Source: Girardia tigrina (taxonomy: Eukaryota). Taken from it: a stretch of DNA of 49,158 bases. Of the stretch, positions 47,533-49,158 are shown in pieces. The notes below the pieces were generated by a model. That model saw only the letters and a list, made by a program, of their open reading frames with translations, ran no database searches and had not been told where the DNA came from. The stretch spans positions 1-49,158 of the forward strand of contig MQRK01214000.1 of NCBI GenBank assembly GCA_001938485.1. Direction: 5' to 3'. A program made the position numbers and the translations under genes. The stretch's first letter is position 1; the number at the start of each line of letters is the position of its first letter.

Positions 47533-48110
47533 CAGTTCTGTCCAGAAAGTATTGACCGATTTATAAACAAGTGAAAGATAAGCATTTATTGTTATTTTCA
47601 TCATCATCTCTAATGTGTTCAAAGTATTGCCCATTGTGAGCCACACACTTCTCCAACCGTTCTGGGAGTTTTCTAATTCCTTTGGTGAAGAAACTACGAG
47701 GTTTCTCTTCAATCCAACGCTCTAACACCCCTTGAATTTCTTCCATGGAGTTGTAATTTCGTCCCCGGAGGGTGGTTTTCATTGAAGAGAATAAATAAAA
47801 ATCGCAGGGAGCGAGGTCAGGTGAGTATGGTGGATAGGGCAATACACTGAACCCGATTTCCTGCAGTTTATTTACTGTTTTGTTGACTATAAGGGGTCTG
47901 GCGTTATCGTAAAAGTAAGTAATTTGTTGAGCTCCTCCTCCCATAAACTGCCTCCGCTTTTGTTGTATTGCAGCAACAAGACAATCCAGCTGTCGACAGT
48001 ATGTATTCGTTGTAAATGTCTGTCCATGAGGGAGAACTTCCACTAGCAATACACATTTGCAGTCCCAAAAAAACTGAAATCATGTGCTTTCTGGGTAAGC
48101 ACATGACGAT
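47533..48110 (-). mobile_element. mariner 3' fragment with one TIR
   Basis: YDNARP..LPYPPYSPDLAPCDFYLF..GIRKLPERLEKCVAHNGQYFE. Terminus TA|CAGTTCTGTCCAGAAAGT at 47533. Confidence 0.88.
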
Positions 48111-49158
48111 TTGTTAACTGATATTTTGAAATTAGTTTTCCTACAATAGGAAAAAATTGATTATTTTTGAATTATATTTTACAAAATCATTCACATATGT
48201 ATATGTTATCTATACTGTAAATATCATAGACATTTATCAATGACTTCACTAGATACTTATAGAAAACCATCAGTCAAAACTTTCAGGACAGACCTGCATT
48301 TCGTGAAATTATTATTTTTATTATCAAGTCAATTGTGATTGAAGAAACATAAAACTTTAATTATAGGCTCGTAATAAGCGTTTTGTCAGTAATGAATAAA
48401 ATTATATTGAATAAACATAAAAACACAAAAAAAGTTAGTAATCCCGACAAATTAGATGTTTCAAACATTTTTTGTCACTGTTTTACATCTTTTGATGCAT
48501 TAACAATATCGGTCAGGTAACTTTTCATTCTTCCAGAAAACATTTCGGTTGACTTATCGTCACATAAATCACGAAGAAACTTCCACCTAAGTTTAAATTT
48601 TTGTCCTGAAAAAGGTCGTTTTAACCGTGAAAATAAATAAAATTTAGATATTTAAGAGGAATGAGGTAAAATCGACATATCCATGCTTGGGAGTTGGTCT
48701 TTAATGTGAGCTGGATAAGACGGATCATTTTCCTGCAAAACATGGACATACTGACTTCTTAGCAAGTCAACGTTACTTTTCTTGAATGATCAATTTGTCA
48801 AGTAGTTGATATTAATAAACTGTACTCGTAGTTTTCATTAGAAAAAGTTCTTTTGTAGTGTTTTTTTTCTTTTTTTTTCTTCTTTTTTCTTCCATGTGTT
48901 TTTTTGTAGTGTTGATTGTGGTTGAACTTGCCATGGTTTCATTACCAGTACATATTCAAGATTTGCACATTTTTTCAGTAAATCAAATATTCGTCGACTG
49001 TAACAACTTGATTCAACAATTATATTATTCAACAATTATGGTTGGTCGAAAAATAATGGCGGTTTTTGAGCTTTATACTTTGTTTATCTACTTTGATATG
49101 TATATAAGTTTAAATGCATTAGAGTTAGATATTATTTGAAATCTTATGCCTAGCTGTA

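Noticed and set aside
48450-49139. Short ORFs on both strands at the window end
   Set aside because: Strand and splice model could not be resolved; partly low-complexity T runs.

Overview
Eukaryotic (metazoan-type), very AT-rich, transposon-laden draft-assembly window with three N gaps (3869-4319, 18626-18807, 19047-19205); the species cannot be determined from the sequence. Host genes: the last four coding exons of mitochondrial DNA polymerase gamma (POLG, +, with 46- and 49-nt introns and one 4.3-kb TE-filled intron); an intronless Na+/H+ exchanger (SLC9A/NHE, -); two near-identical, convergent orphan genes encoding multi-AT-hook proteins with a variable 40/35/26-aa repeat array, lying in a ~15-kb inverted duplication; exons of a 3xTSP1+FN3-like extracellular protein (+); a probable type II membrane-protein first exon; and a few orphan ORFs. 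The rest is mostly decayed mobile DNA: Gypsy LTR fragments, Penelope remnants with several minimal hammerhead ribozyme motifs, mariner, rosa-like and pogo elements, a MULE with a 9-bp TSD, a Merlin fragment, Helitron/Helentron derivatives, and piggyBac and Harbinger MITEs. The most interesting signals are the inverted AT-hook gene pair, the dispersed hammerhead ribozymes, and a piggyBac MITE whose terminus matches the Trichoplusia ni IFP2 TIR as I recall it. All alignments were done by eye.
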